The position numbers were made by a program, and so were the translations under genes. A DNA stretch of 64,000 nt, taken from Candidatus Latescibacterota bacterium. GTDB taxonomy: Bacteria; Latescibacterota; UBA2968; UBA8231. The stretch is taken from assembly GCA_965203175.1 (NCBI GenBank), contig OZ241867.1:4256001-4320000 (forward strand), read 5' to 3'. Of the stretch, positions 39,235 through 48,898 are shown piece after piece; positions within the stretch are counted from its first letter, which is position 1; every line of letters begins with the position of its first letter. The notes under the pieces are model-generated. The model was not told the origin of the DNA. It worked only from the letters and a program-made list of their open reading frames with translations, and ran no database searches.

Positions 39235-40940
39235 GCGTCCATCTCCGCGCGTTGCCGCCGCGCGTAAAACGCCAAGCCGACGCCGATTGCCCCTAGAAGG
39301 ATCGCGATCCCGAGGAGATCGAGTGCGTGGCTGCGGCTGGAGAGCGTGCGGTTGCGCTTGGACTTGGCCAAGGACTCGCGCATACGGACGGACATTTCAG
39401 TGACAGCCGCTTGACCGACCGTGGGGTTGCTCACCACGCTCTGGTCGGGCATGCGGCCGAGGAATTGGTAGGTCTGGCGGGCCGTTGAGTCGGTGGGCTG
39501 ATAAGCCGCGTTGATGAGGTTGGTGCCCAAGGCGCCCTGCAAACGGGTAATGTCAAAAGCGGCTCCGTAGGCTGCGGCCTGCTCTGCGACCGGGTGTTCC
39601 ATGGCGTCGAGCAGGGCCGAGCGGTGTTGATCCTCATCGGGGAACTCAGGGTCGGGCTGGGAGAAATAGCGCACCGAGAATTGCTTGCGGCTGCCGAAGG
39701 CATCTGCGTCCTTGGTCAACAAGTTGTTGAAATCCGGGCTGGACAGATATTCCAAGAAGTAAAAGGCCTCCCGCTCGTGCTGCGTGCCCTTGCGAATGGC
39801 CGTCACGCGTCCGCCCATCTCGCCCGCCTTGCCCCGGTAGCGACCGGTCTCACTGATCTCGCCCCAAGGGCCGTCGCGCAGACTCGAGTTGGCGCGGATC
39901 TCGGGATCGCTCATCCAGCGCTCCCACTCCTCATAGGGCACGTAGCGGGGCATGGGGTAAATTTCGGTAGTAAAACGGGCCTCGCGACGCACCTTGATCA
40001 GCCCCCAGCGGCCGATGAGGATAGTGCCCAGTTTGCCCGCCGAATACAGCCCCAAGATGGATTGCCCGCCCCAACCGCCTCCACCTGTTTGCGCGGATTG
40101 GTCTTCGGCTGAGGGCACGACGTGGAAGGTGTTGACCAAATCGTACAGATATTGGGCGGCTATGGCACCGGCTGGAGAATCAAGGGCGATTTCAGTGCCA
40201 TCGTCGCTGAGGAAGCTGCCACCGGCCTGGTAGATGAAGTTGTTCAACCCCCCGCCAAAGCCCGCCCCGCCCGAGCCAAAGGTTTCATAGCGCCGGCCAT
40301 CGGCGCTCTTTTTGGTGAGGGCCTGACACAAGAGGACGTAGTCCCACCAAGTCCAGTGATTCCACGGCAAGGGTGGCATGGCCAAGCCCCGTGCTTGGCG
40401 CTCGCGCTGGACTGCGTCGTAGAGCGAGCGGTTGAGAAAGGTGACGCTGACGGTGACGTTGTTGGGGACGGCGTAGATGCGAAAGCGCTCGTATTCGTCG
40501 GCCTCGGCCGGCGCACCGGCCACGGGCACGGCGAGGGCGTTGCGCCGATGCAGCCAGAAATCGTCGAGGCTTAGCTTGGCCTCGTGCATGTAGTCGTTTA
40601 GTTCGACCATGACGCCCTTGGAAGCATAGAGCGCAAAGGTCGCATAACTATAAATGTCGAAGACGTCCGGACCGGAGCCGGCCGCTGCTTGGGTGAGGAT
40701 CTTTTGCACATCCGCGCTTGGGTCGAGGACGACGCGCACTTTCTTGTCTTCGTAGAGCCGGTTGAAGAGAGCCATTTGTTCGGTGCGCGCCGGGTTGGGG
40801 TCAGAGGCCCAGCGGATGACAGTGTACTCGCCGCCCGCAGACGGATCGTCTGGATAGACGGATAAGACCCAGCGGTTAAGGGCGTACCAACCGACCAAAA
40901 TCAGGGTGAGGACGGCGATAGTCGTAGATAGATCGCGCAA
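39231..40940 (-). CDS. sugar-type extracellular solute-binding protein with N- and C-terminal TM helices
   Basis: 'AAGSGPDVF', 'WTWWDY', 'AFYFLEYL' SBP_bac_1-like segments; hydrophobic helices at both ends. Confidence 0.8.
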   Translation of the reverse strand: MRDLSTTIAVLTLILVGWYALNRWVLSVYPDDPSAGGEYTVIRWASDPNPARTEQMALFNRLYEDKKVRVVLDPSADVQKILTQAAAGSGPDVFDIYSYATFALYASKGVMVELNDYMHEAKLSLDDFWLHRRNALAVPVAGAPAEADEYERFRIYAVPNNVTVSVTFLNRSLYDAVQRERQARGLAMPPLPWNHWTWWDYVLLCQALTKKSADGRRYETFGSGGAGFGGGLNNFIYQAGGSFLSDDGTEIALDSPAGAIAAQYLYDLVNTFHVVPSAEDQSAQTGGGGWGGQSILGLYSAGKLGTILIGRWGLIKVRREARFTTEIYPMPRYVPYEEWERWMSDPEIRANSSLRDGPWGEISETGRYRGKAGEMGGRVTAIRKGTQHEREAFYFLEYLSSPDFNNLLTKDADAFGSRKQFSVRYFSQPDPEFPDEDQHRSALLDAMEHPVAEQAAAYGAAFDITRLQGALGTNLINAAYQPTDSTARQTYQFLGRMPDQSVVSNPTVGQAAVTEMSVRMRESLAKSKRNRTLSSRSHALDLLGIAILLGAIGVGLAFYARRQRAEMDA

Positions 40941-41072
40941 GAAAAACCCCGTTGAGGATGCGAGGCGAAAGGGCCAAGTGTAAAAAAAAACGCCGGATTG
41001 TCAATGTGGTAAAGAGGTGCTCTTGATCTTTAGAGAGATAACTATAACTAAAAATCGATAATAATAATTAGC

Positions 41073-41101
41073 TTGACAGGCAGGCGGACAGTCCATAGAT
41101 T
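41073..41101 (+). promoter_or_regulatory. sigma70 promoter of the exported-protein cluster
   Basis: TTGACA-N17-TAGATT with an AT-rich UP-like element upstream. Confidence 0.7.
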
Positions 41102-41155
41102 GAGCACTTCGTCTCTCGCTCTATCAACCTTGAACCTTGCCAAAGGAGGTTTCCC

Positions 41156-42055
41156 TTGAAGAGACTGAGTCTTATTGCCTTGGTCGCGGTGATGGCTGCT
41201 TCGGCTGCTTTCGCGCACCAGGCTAACTATTTCATGCCGCAGATTCCCAACCCCGACAACATGGTCGTTGACGGCAACGACGACGACTGGGGCTGGATCG
41301 ATCCGGCTTTTGCCATCAACCCGGACACCATGTACGAAATTCTCGGTAGTGAGTGGCCCCCGGCCAAAGACGACTGGGACTGCATTCTCTACGTGGCTTG
41401 GAGTTCGTCCCCCGACAATTCGCTCTACTACTTTGCTCGGGTTACCGATGACTCGCTGGGCCTCTTCGTCGAGAACCCCCAGGAGTATTGGAAGGACGAT
41501 TCGCTGGAAATCATCGTCGATGCCGACCACTCGAGCGAGAACTTCAACGAGACCGAGATGACCTCCGGCCAGCAGTACGGTATCCGCGTTCTGCCCGCCG
41601 CCGGTCAGAAGGACACTTGGATCTTCAACGTGCCGCAGGAGAGCATCCTGTGGTCCACCGAGCGTCCTTATTTCGTCTATGAGTGGACCCTCGATCCGCC
41701 GGACGCTCGTCCGATGGAACAGCCCGCTGGTAGCTCAGTGACCTATACCTACGAGGTCAAGCAGGCTGTGTGGACCTTCCACGACAAGACGGGTCCCGAT
41801 GGCAGCGCTCGCCACAACTTTGCCTCCGACCAGATCATCGGTCTGACCTTCCAGTTTGACGAGACCGAGAATCCCGAGGTGGGCCGCGAGAAGCAGCCGG
41901 GCACGACGCCGGTTAACGGCGCGTTCCAGGACAACTCGAACGGCTCGGACTTCATCACAGTGGAGACCGAAGGCGCTACGGGCGGCACGGGCGTTACCGA
42001 CACGTCTGTTGAGGCCGATAGCTGGGGTCGGATCAAAGGCTATATGATCCAATAA
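41156..42055 (+). CDS. secreted CBM9/DOMON-like protein with C-terminal 'VEADSWGRIK' motif
   Basis: Signal peptide (AFA|H), 'VDGNDDDW', 'LYYFARVTDD', 'WKDDSLEIIVD', 'IIGLTFQFDE'; Gly/Thr linker then TSVEADSWGRIKG; RBS AAAGGAGGT. Confidence 0.75.
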   Translation: MKRLSLIALVAVMAASAAFAHQANYFMPQIPNPDNMVVDGNDDDWGWIDPAFAINPDTMYEILGSEWPPAKDDWDCILYVAWSSSPDNSLYYFARVTDDSLGLFVENPQEYWKDDSLEIIVDADHSSENFNETEMTSGQQYGIRVLPAAGQKDTWIFNVPQESILWSTERPYFVYEWTLDPPDARPMEQPAGSSVTYTYEVKQAVWTFHDKTGPDGSARHNFASDQIIGLTFQFDETENPEVGREKQPGTTPVNGAFQDNSNGSDFITVETEGATGGTGVTDTSVEADSWGRIKGYMIQ

Positions 42056-42177
42056 AGCACACCCCTAGCATTTTTCGCTAGGTAGCACATTGGACGTAGG
42101 TAGGTAAAGAGAGGTGGAGGTTGACTTCATCTCTCTTTATCTATCGCCTCTGCACCGTTTTCAGGAAGGCATTTTCA

Positions 42178-42924
42178 ATGAGGATACGGAACATCGCAAC
42201 GAGCGGGCTCTTGTCGGCCCTTTATCTGTTCGTGCTCGCCGGTTGTATCTCGCAGGTGGGGCTGCGGCGCTTTGCAACGTTCCCCGAGCCGGTTCCGCAA
42301 CAGGACGAGGCCATGACTGTCCTCGACGACGGCGCGATCGTCTATGCCAAGGATCGCTTGGAGATCTCGCTACAGGTGTTGGATGACGGATTCCTCAATC
42401 GCCAGTTCGCGGCGGATTCAAGGAAGGGCGCTGAATCGACCAATCCATACACGTATGGCAATTGGAAGCCTTGGGGCCAAGACTGGACTCCAGAGCGCTT
42501 TACCGTGGTCTTGCTGAAGGTCAAAAACTACGAGTATCCCAAGGTTTTCATCGACCCCAAGGCGCTCGTGATCACTACGTCGAACAACCGAGTGTACAAC
42601 GCGCTCGACAGCGGACAGCTTGAAGATCTCTTCAGCCCGTATCTGCGGGCTTATGCTGGCAACCAGCGGCGGCAGTTTGAGGCTACCACCGACCTGCTCA
42701 AACGCACTGTCTATCCGCCTGACATAATCTTTTCCGGTCAAGAGGAAGTCGGGTATATCGTCTTTCCGGTTTTGCACCGAGACGTGGGCAACTTCACCGT
42801 CAACGTGCCGGACATGGCCGTGCGCTTCGACTACAAGGGCGAACCGGTGGAGACCATTGATCTAGCATTCAAATTCCAACGCGAAATTTACCACGCACTT
42901 CATCCGCGCGCGGAGACGCCGTAA
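42178..42924 (+). CDS. hypothetical lipoprotein, beta-rich
   Basis: Lipobox LAGC; 'FTVVLLKVKN...GQEEVGYIVFP' Ig-like pattern; stop overlaps the next ATG. Confidence 0.75.
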   Translation: MRIRNIATSGLLSALYLFVLAGCISQVGLRRFATFPEPVPQQDEAMTVLDDGAIVYAKDRLEISLQVLDDGFLNRQFAADSRKGAESTNPYTYGNWKPWGQDWTPERFTVVLLKVKNYEYPKVFIDPKALVITTSNNRVYNALDSGQLEDLFSPYLRAYAGNQRRQFEATTDLLKRTVYPPDIIFSGQEEVGYIVFPVLHRDVGNFTVNVPDMAVRFDYKGEPVETIDLAFKFQREIYHALHPRAETP

Positions 42925-44885
42925 TGAATCGGGGGACAGCCCGCATTGCGGCGCTGTTGTTCGCCTTGTGTGCCTATGCGCAGTGGCTCAGCGCCGACGA
43001 ATGGGTGCTCGGGGGGCATGGGTTTTCTTGGGGCGATCTCGTCGAGGTCCGCGCCCAGATCGACGATCAAAGTAGCCCTGGCGCGATTCAGATCCGCGGC
43101 TTTACGCCCGACGAGAACATCATCACCACGCTCTCTTGGAAATACGGCAAGCCCAACGATTTGGTCAGCGAGGGCAATGCGGCGCTGTGGGACAATACAG
43201 CGGCCAGGAATTCCATTTCGCTGTCGATTGTCGATGGCGACGACACCACAAGTACGGCAGACCTCTTTAAAACCGCTGGCGTCGATCAAGACGGGCGCAC
43301 GTTCTTTTTGGATATAGGCTCGCGCGTGCCGGCCGACAGCTTGGTCTTTTTTCCTCGGCAAGAGGGGACGTACGCCAACGGCAAGCCTTTTAGAGACGAC
43401 TTTGTCCGCAAGCACCGGATTTCCGTCAGCGATGGGCTGACGTACGTGAACGAGCAGCCACTCTTCACCTTACTGCGCGACGTCCCGGTGAACCCCAACA
43501 GTGTGTTCACTATGAAATTTCCCCAGCAGTTCATTCGCTTTATTCAGTTGCGCGTGGGGTCGCGGAGTCCCTTTGAAATTGCCGAATTTGAACTCTACGG
43601 TAACGGCTTCGTGCCGCGGGCCACGTACCGGAGCCAAGTTATCGACTTAGGCGAGGTCTCCAACTACGGCACCATATCTTGGGCCCAGCGGGCACTGGAA
43701 CTGGTGGACGGCGAGTTGATCGAGTTGTCGGATCTGGGGCAGACCTCGGTCGCGGTGCGCATGAAGACGGGACAGGACGACAGCCCGCTGGTTCACTTCC
43801 AAAAGGTTGTTGACGACGAAACGCGAGCCGTCAGCCAAGTAGTGGTCTCGGAAGCGGATTACAACAAGCTGCCCTCGGGCGAGAAGGGCGATATCGAGGA
43901 CGACGCTGACAACTGGAGTCCCTGGTCGTTGCCGCTCGAATCCGGGCAATTGATCCCACTGCCCAGCCCGCGCCCCTATTTTCAGCTACAGATTATCATG
44001 GAGAGCCAATCCGTGACGCAGACGGTGCGCATCGACTCATTGCGGATTGAGCATTCGCTACCCCCGGCTGCTGCAGTCGTCGGCGAGATCTCCTTGGCCG
44101 ACGAGCCCAACCCACCAGCCGACATCGGCGTAATCGACAAAGACGATGCCGTTGTGCTGCCGAGCATCGACGGGGGTGAAGAGGTGCTCTTCGCCTATGA
44201 TGTGCGAGCCATAATAAACAACAACCAGAACGGCTTTGATGCTTTGCGCATCGATACGCCGACGCCAGCGCGCTTTGTCGGCTTGCAGATGGGCGATCCG
44301 CTCGAGCCTGTGGAGCCAGATCGCGTGAGCGCGGGCGACAGAAGCATTGAAGTGATTTTCACTAGCAACAAGGTCACCTTTGACAACAATGTGCCACTAC
44401 GCGTGCTCTTTGAGGGATCGACCGTGGTATTCGGTACGATTTTCACTGGCACGGTCTGGGATACCCAGTCCGATATTCTCGGCCAGCCCGTGCTCGAAGG
44501 CGATGCCAATTTCGACGTCAGCACCAACTCGCTGCGCGTGGCCTTGACCCAGCAGTCCGTGGGCGAAATCGTCCGCGCTATAGAGTTTAATCCTTCGGTC
44601 TTCACGCCGAATGGAGATGGCATCAACGACCACATCGCCATCAAGTACACCGTAATTCAGATTTCCGAGCCCAAGCCCATCGAGGTGGCCATTTACGACT
44701 TAGCGGGTCGGCTGGTGCGCGTGCTGGCCGATCGCGATCAGCCCGGCGGAATTTACACCGAGATGTGGGACGGACGGAGCGATGTCGACGAGGCCGTGCC
44801 TCCAGGTAGTTACGTGGTTTCGCTCTCAGTTGATAGCGGGATCGGCAACTTCAGGCGAGTCGGCGTCGTCGGCGTGGCCTATTGA
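42924..44885 (+). CDS. large exported protein with C-terminal TPNGDGxND/FlgD-Ig domain (paralog 1)
   Basis: Signal peptide; 'FTPNGDGINDH', 'IYDLAGRLVR', 'WDGR...VPPGSY'; ends GVAY. Confidence 0.85.
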   Translation: MNRGTARIAALLFALCAYAQWLSADEWVLGGHGFSWGDLVEVRAQIDDQSSPGAIQIRGFTPDENIITTLSWKYGKPNDLVSEGNAALWDNTAARNSISLSIVDGDDTTSTADLFKTAGVDQDGRTFFLDIGSRVPADSLVFFPRQEGTYANGKPFRDDFVRKHRISVSDGLTYVNEQPLFTLLRDVPVNPNSVFTMKFPQQFIRFIQLRVGSRSPFEIAEFELYGNGFVPRATYRSQVIDLGEVSNYGTISWAQRALELVDGELIELSDLGQTSVAVRMKTGQDDSPLVHFQKVVDDETRAVSQVVVSEADYNKLPSGEKGDIEDDADNWSPWSLPLESGQLIPLPSPRPYFQLQIIMESQSVTQTVRIDSLRIEHSLPPAAAVVGEISLADEPNPPADIGVIDKDDAVVLPSIDGGEEVLFAYDVRAIINNNQNGFDALRIDTPTPARFVGLQMGDPLEPVEPDRVSAGDRSIEVIFTSNKVTFDNNVPLRVLFEGSTVVFGTIFTGTVWDTQSDILGQPVLEGDANFDVSTNSLRVALTQQSVGEIVRAIEFNPSVFTPNGDGINDHIAIKYTVIQISEPKPIEVAIYDLAGRLVRVLADRDQPGGIYTEMWDGRSDVDEAVPPGSYVVSLSVDSGIGNFRRVGVVGVAY

Positions 44886-44944
44886 TGGTTGATTGTGGTG
44901 CTGATGGTACTGACTGGCAAAAATTCAAAAGGGAGGATTCCAGC

Positions 44945-47575
44945 GTGAGGTGCATGCTCTACGCAGCAGTTGTCACAGCCGGCGTCGCACTCCTATGCGA
45001 TGCCGCTTTTGCCCAACGGGTCGGCTTTCTGACCGGACGCGAACCGCGCGGTGTGGATGTCTATGAGATGGCGATGACGCCGGCGCAGCGAAAGTGGCAG
45101 TATCCGCAAAGCCTGTATCACTTCTACCGTTGGACCGGCGAGGAATACAGCAATTACGCCCGCCAAAACTACGAGCGCTACGTATCTACCGAGCTTGAAG
45201 GCTTTCGCACCTACGACCTCTACGGGAACTATATCACTCGCGGTTTTGAGGTGTACAACTGGTCCATTGACAGTCCAGTGACTTCGGGCAGTACGGTGCG
45301 CAAGGGTCCCAAGTATGGGGGGTGGTTTCAAAGTTTGATCGTCTCGTCGATGTCCAAGGGGCAGTTTTATTCCTCAATGACCATTGGCGAGGCCCTGCGC
45401 ACCACCCTGACGCCGCTGACTTTTTCCAAGCCAGCCTTCAACGGGGTGCAGTGGGACTTTGCCGCCGACAAGTACCAGATGACACTCTTGGCGTCGCGCC
45501 TGGCCTCCCCGGGCTCAGCCGTGTCGTTTGAAAACTCAATCGGCCAGATATTGGGCGACATGACGAATCTCTTCGGCGTGCACTCTAAAGTGCAGCTCGG
45601 AGATTTTTCTAAGTTGGGCTTTACTTATCTCAACATTGCCAACTTCTCTACAGGTCGCAAGCTGGGTGCCAACTCGCTCAAAGGCGTGTTGACCGAGGCC
45701 CAAAACGGCGGCAATGTCGAGACGATCGTCCTGCGGCTCTCCGATGATTCGCCCGAAGACGGCGTAGGCGGTGCTCAGCTTTTTGCCGAGCGCATTATCA
45801 TCAACGGAGTCGATCACCCCGAAATCGTCCCCTCGCCGCGCGGAGGTGTGCGGCGCGCCGGCGTCATCGAGGCCAATGGTGCTGAGACGTTGGAGCTGAC
45901 CTACAACATTGCCCGCGACTTCCGCCAACAGCCCGATGACGAGATCACCACGTTTCAGGAAATCAGCGAGATCGAGTTCGAGTTGGTCATCGCCAACGAC
46001 TACCGGATCGAAATCACTTCTAACCTCCAAGTCAATGCCCAGGGCGAACCCGTGTTCTTGGAGGTCGAGCGCGCCCATGGCAACGTCAGCGATGGCTCTA
46101 ACCAACGCTTCATCCGCTTTGAATACGGCCTGCCCACCGGCAAGGATATCATCGGCTTCAACTTTGATATAGACGATATCAAGGGCTTCAATATGCGCTC
46201 GGAGCTTGCTTTCAGCCGGGCGTTTCGCCGCTTCCCCAACCAAAATTTCCAAGATCACGCTCTCGCCCAAGACCAGGGCATGGCCTATTACATCACGGCC
46301 TCGCAGGACGCTTATCCGTTTTTCGCGTACGGAGAATTCTACCGTCTAGAGCCTGAGTACCAGACCAATGCATTTATCTCGGATGCGCGGGGTTTCATCG
46401 ATTACGAGCACCCGGAGCGCTATTCCTTTGAGGCGGTTGACGACAACGACGACCAAGATCGCTTTGCCGACTGGAAGCGTCTGTGGCAAAACGGCGACAA
46501 CGCCTTTCGCGAATCGCCTTTTGGCACAGGTGGCCAAGCCGACCCGCAGGTTTTCCCTGGATATGACGAGAACGCGGACTTCATCTCGGACTTTAACCAA
46601 AACGACAACAGCGAGCCGGATTTCGCCGAGCCGTTTCTGCGCTACAACGTCGATCCACCCGAGTTCCTCTTCGGCGTTGACATGAACAACAACAACGTCA
46701 TCGACCGCTTTGAGAACGATACGTTCGCCGACTATCCCTACCGACACGACCGCGATGGCTACAACGTGTACGGGGGCGTTCACTTGACCGAAGCGATCAA
46801 GGCGACGATGGGCTACTCAACGGCCGACGAGATCAGTTCCAAGCGCAGCGCGCAGATGAGCTATGCGGTGGTCTCGGGCGAGTGGAAATGGCCGGGCATT
46901 GAGGCTCGGGCTTTCCAATACGCTCGCTCGGTCCAAGACGACATCGAAGACGATGTGATCCAATGGGTCGATCCAGATGGATTTCGCGAAACTATCGATC
47001 CGCTGATCGCCCAAGACACCTTTGTTTGGACTGGCTATCTGACGTTCGATTACCTGCGCCTTAAAAACCTGAACATCTACAACAAGGTGAAGTACGATTG
47101 GTTCAGGCAGCGCGGCGAGCAGGCCGAGGTCAAGGACGACCGCCTCTTCTTTGGCGCTATCAACAAGGTGGACTACCCCCTGCCGATTACTGACAACCTG
47201 TCTTTTTGGCCGCGTTACAAGAGCGTGTACCGCAAGATCAACCCGACCTTTAGCACTGACCTCGACATTACCGAATGGTCGCAGTTTTACATGCTGACCT
47301 CGAAGTACTTCCTCCTGCCCGGCACCTTTATCGAATACGGCGTCGAGTTAAACCTCTTCCGCAACCTTGAAGAGCGCCCAGAGATCTTGCCGCCTGGATA
47401 CGTCGATGACTTTACGGGTTCGGTGCTGGCCTTACAGCTTTCCAACAGGTCGGCGTACCTCGGTTATTCGCTGACTATGAATACGGGCTTTCGCTGGGAG
47501 CGCCGGGCCTTTGCCGAGGCGACCGAAACCAACTCTCTGCTCTTCATTCGGGTTTTCGCAGGCCTCCAAGACTAG
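44945..47575 (+). CDS. large exported protein, putative outer-membrane beta-barrel with Ca-binding motifs
   Basis: GGAGG RBS, GTG start, signal peptide (AFA|Q); aromatic-rich amphipathic strands; DDNDDQD, DENAD, DFNQND, DMNNNNVID; ends LLFIRVFAGLQD. Confidence 0.65.
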   Translation: MRCMLYAAVVTAGVALLCDAAFAQRVGFLTGREPRGVDVYEMAMTPAQRKWQYPQSLYHFYRWTGEEYSNYARQNYERYVSTELEGFRTYDLYGNYITRGFEVYNWSIDSPVTSGSTVRKGPKYGGWFQSLIVSSMSKGQFYSSMTIGEALRTTLTPLTFSKPAFNGVQWDFAADKYQMTLLASRLASPGSAVSFENSIGQILGDMTNLFGVHSKVQLGDFSKLGFTYLNIANFSTGRKLGANSLKGVLTEAQNGGNVETIVLRLSDDSPEDGVGGAQLFAERIIINGVDHPEIVPSPRGGVRRAGVIEANGAETLELTYNIARDFRQQPDDEITTFQEISEIEFELVIANDYRIEITSNLQVNAQGEPVFLEVERAHGNVSDGSNQRFIRFEYGLPTGKDIIGFNFDIDDIKGFNMRSELAFSRAFRRFPNQNFQDHALAQDQGMAYYITASQDAYPFFAYGEFYRLEPEYQTNAFISDARGFIDYEHPERYSFEAVDDNDDQDRFADWKRLWQNGDNAFRESPFGTGGQADPQVFPGYDENADFISDFNQNDNSEPDFAEPFLRYNVDPPEFLFGVDMNNNNVIDRFENDTFADYPYRHDRDGYNVYGGVHLTEAIKATMGYSTADEISSKRSAQMSYAVVSGEWKWPGIEARAFQYARSVQDDIEDDVIQWVDPDGFRETIDPLIAQDTFVWTGYLTFDYLRLKNLNIYNKVKYDWFRQRGEQAEVKDDRLFFGAINKVDYPLPITDNLSFWPRYKSVYRKINPTFSTDLDITEWSQFYMLTSKYFLLPGTFIEYGVELNLFRNLEERPEILPPGYVDDFTGSVLALQLSNRSAYLGYSLTMNTGFRWERRAFAEATETNSLLFIRVFAGLQD

Positions 47576-47601
47576 GGGCCGCACTATTTCTCTGTGGATC
47601 C

Positions 47602-47641
47602 AAAGCGCCCGGCGTTCTCTAGCGGAGATGCCGGGCGCTTT
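47602..47641 (+). terminator. intrinsic terminator
   Basis: AAAGCGCCCGGCG...TGCCGGGCGCTTT stem. Confidence 0.8.
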
Positions 47642-47653
47642 ACTGCCTAACAA

Positions 47654-48898
47654 ATGGACATGCGCCTTGCTGTGATGTGGATAGGGCTAGTCGGCCTTCT
47701 CGGAGGGATCGGCTGTGGTGCTCCGGAACGCCACGTCCTCAAAAAGCCTGCCACGCCCCAGTCCCTTGCATTCTACCAACGCGCCTACGGGCAAAATCCG
47801 GCAGACCCGGAAGTGCTCTTGGCCTTGGGGTGGCTCTACCTGCAAAAGGACCGCACGCGCCGCGCCGTTGATGTGCTGTCCGAACTGGTCGCGATCGCGC
47901 CCGACGACGCGGATGCTCACTACTACCTCGGGGTTGCCCTCGCCAAAGAGCACCGCAAGAGCGAGGCCATAGCTACCTTTAAGCACGCACTCGAAAAAGC
48001 GCCGGGCTTTGCCGAAGCGTACTGGGCCTTGGCGCTGCTATACAACGAGCGCGGCGACGGGTACGAAAAGGCGCTTGCAACGGTCGAAGAGGGGCTGCAG
48101 TTGGCCGGACAGAGCGGCTATGGGCACTTTGTGTTGGGATTTGTGCTGTGTTCGCGCGGCGACAATGAAAATGCCAAGACCGCGCTGCTGAAGGCGATTG
48201 AACTCGACCCTGACTTGGCACACGCCCACTACTACTTGGCGCTGGTGTACTTGCGCTTGCAGGACGATCCGCGGGCCATGGCGGCCATGGAGCAGACCAT
48301 TGCCGCAGACCCGGGTTACACCTCGGCCTATTACAGCTTGGGCACGCTCTATGCGCGCACGGGCCGCGACGCCGAGGGCGCGCGAATGATCGAACTTTTT
48401 CAGCAGTTGAGTAGCGCGACAATGGACGAGGACCACTACCGCCGCTTGCTCTATCGCCAGGCCGTGCCGCTGGCGACCGACAAGCAGGCTGCCACGCATT
48501 TCAACTTGGGGTTGGTCTATTTGCGCAGAAAGGAGTTGGCGGCGGCACTCGAACAGTTCGAGGCGGCCTTGGCCCTCGATTCCACGTATGCGGAGGCCAG
48601 CCACAACATTGGGGTGATCTATTCGCTGCAAGAGCAACACGCGGCTGCTCGGCCCTTTTTGCTGCGCGCGGTCCGCCACAAGCCCGACTACGCGTTGGCC
48701 TTTGAAAACATAGGCAACAACAGCTTGGCCCTCGGCGAGTACGCAGAGGCGGTCGCTGCGTTTCGCCGCGCCTTGTCCCTCGACGGGAGCATGGCCTCAG
48801 CCCTCGACGGCTTGGGGACTGCGCTAATCCAGCAGGGCCAAGTGGCAGAAGGCCGCGCGGCTCGTGCCGAGGCCGCAGCCTTGAGGGCGCAACAGTAA
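47654..48898 (+). CDS. TPR-repeat lipoprotein
   Basis: Lipobox-like GIGC; repeated 'AHYYLG..L', 'A..NLG..Y'. Confidence 0.9.
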   Translation: MDMRLAVMWIGLVGLLGGIGCGAPERHVLKKPATPQSLAFYQRAYGQNPADPEVLLALGWLYLQKDRTRRAVDVLSELVAIAPDDADAHYYLGVALAKEHRKSEAIATFKHALEKAPGFAEAYWALALLYNERGDGYEKALATVEEGLQLAGQSGYGHFVLGFVLCSRGDNENAKTALLKAIELDPDLAHAHYYLALVYLRLQDDPRAMAAMEQTIAADPGYTSAYYSLGTLYARTGRDAEGARMIELFQQLSSATMDEDHYRRLLYRQAVPLATDKQAATHFNLGLVYLRRKELAAALEQFEAALALDSTYAEASHNIGVIYSLQEQHAAARPFLLRAVRHKPDYALAFENIGNNSLALGEYAEAVAAFRRALSLDGSMASALDGLGTALIQQGQVAEGRAARAEAAALRAQQ

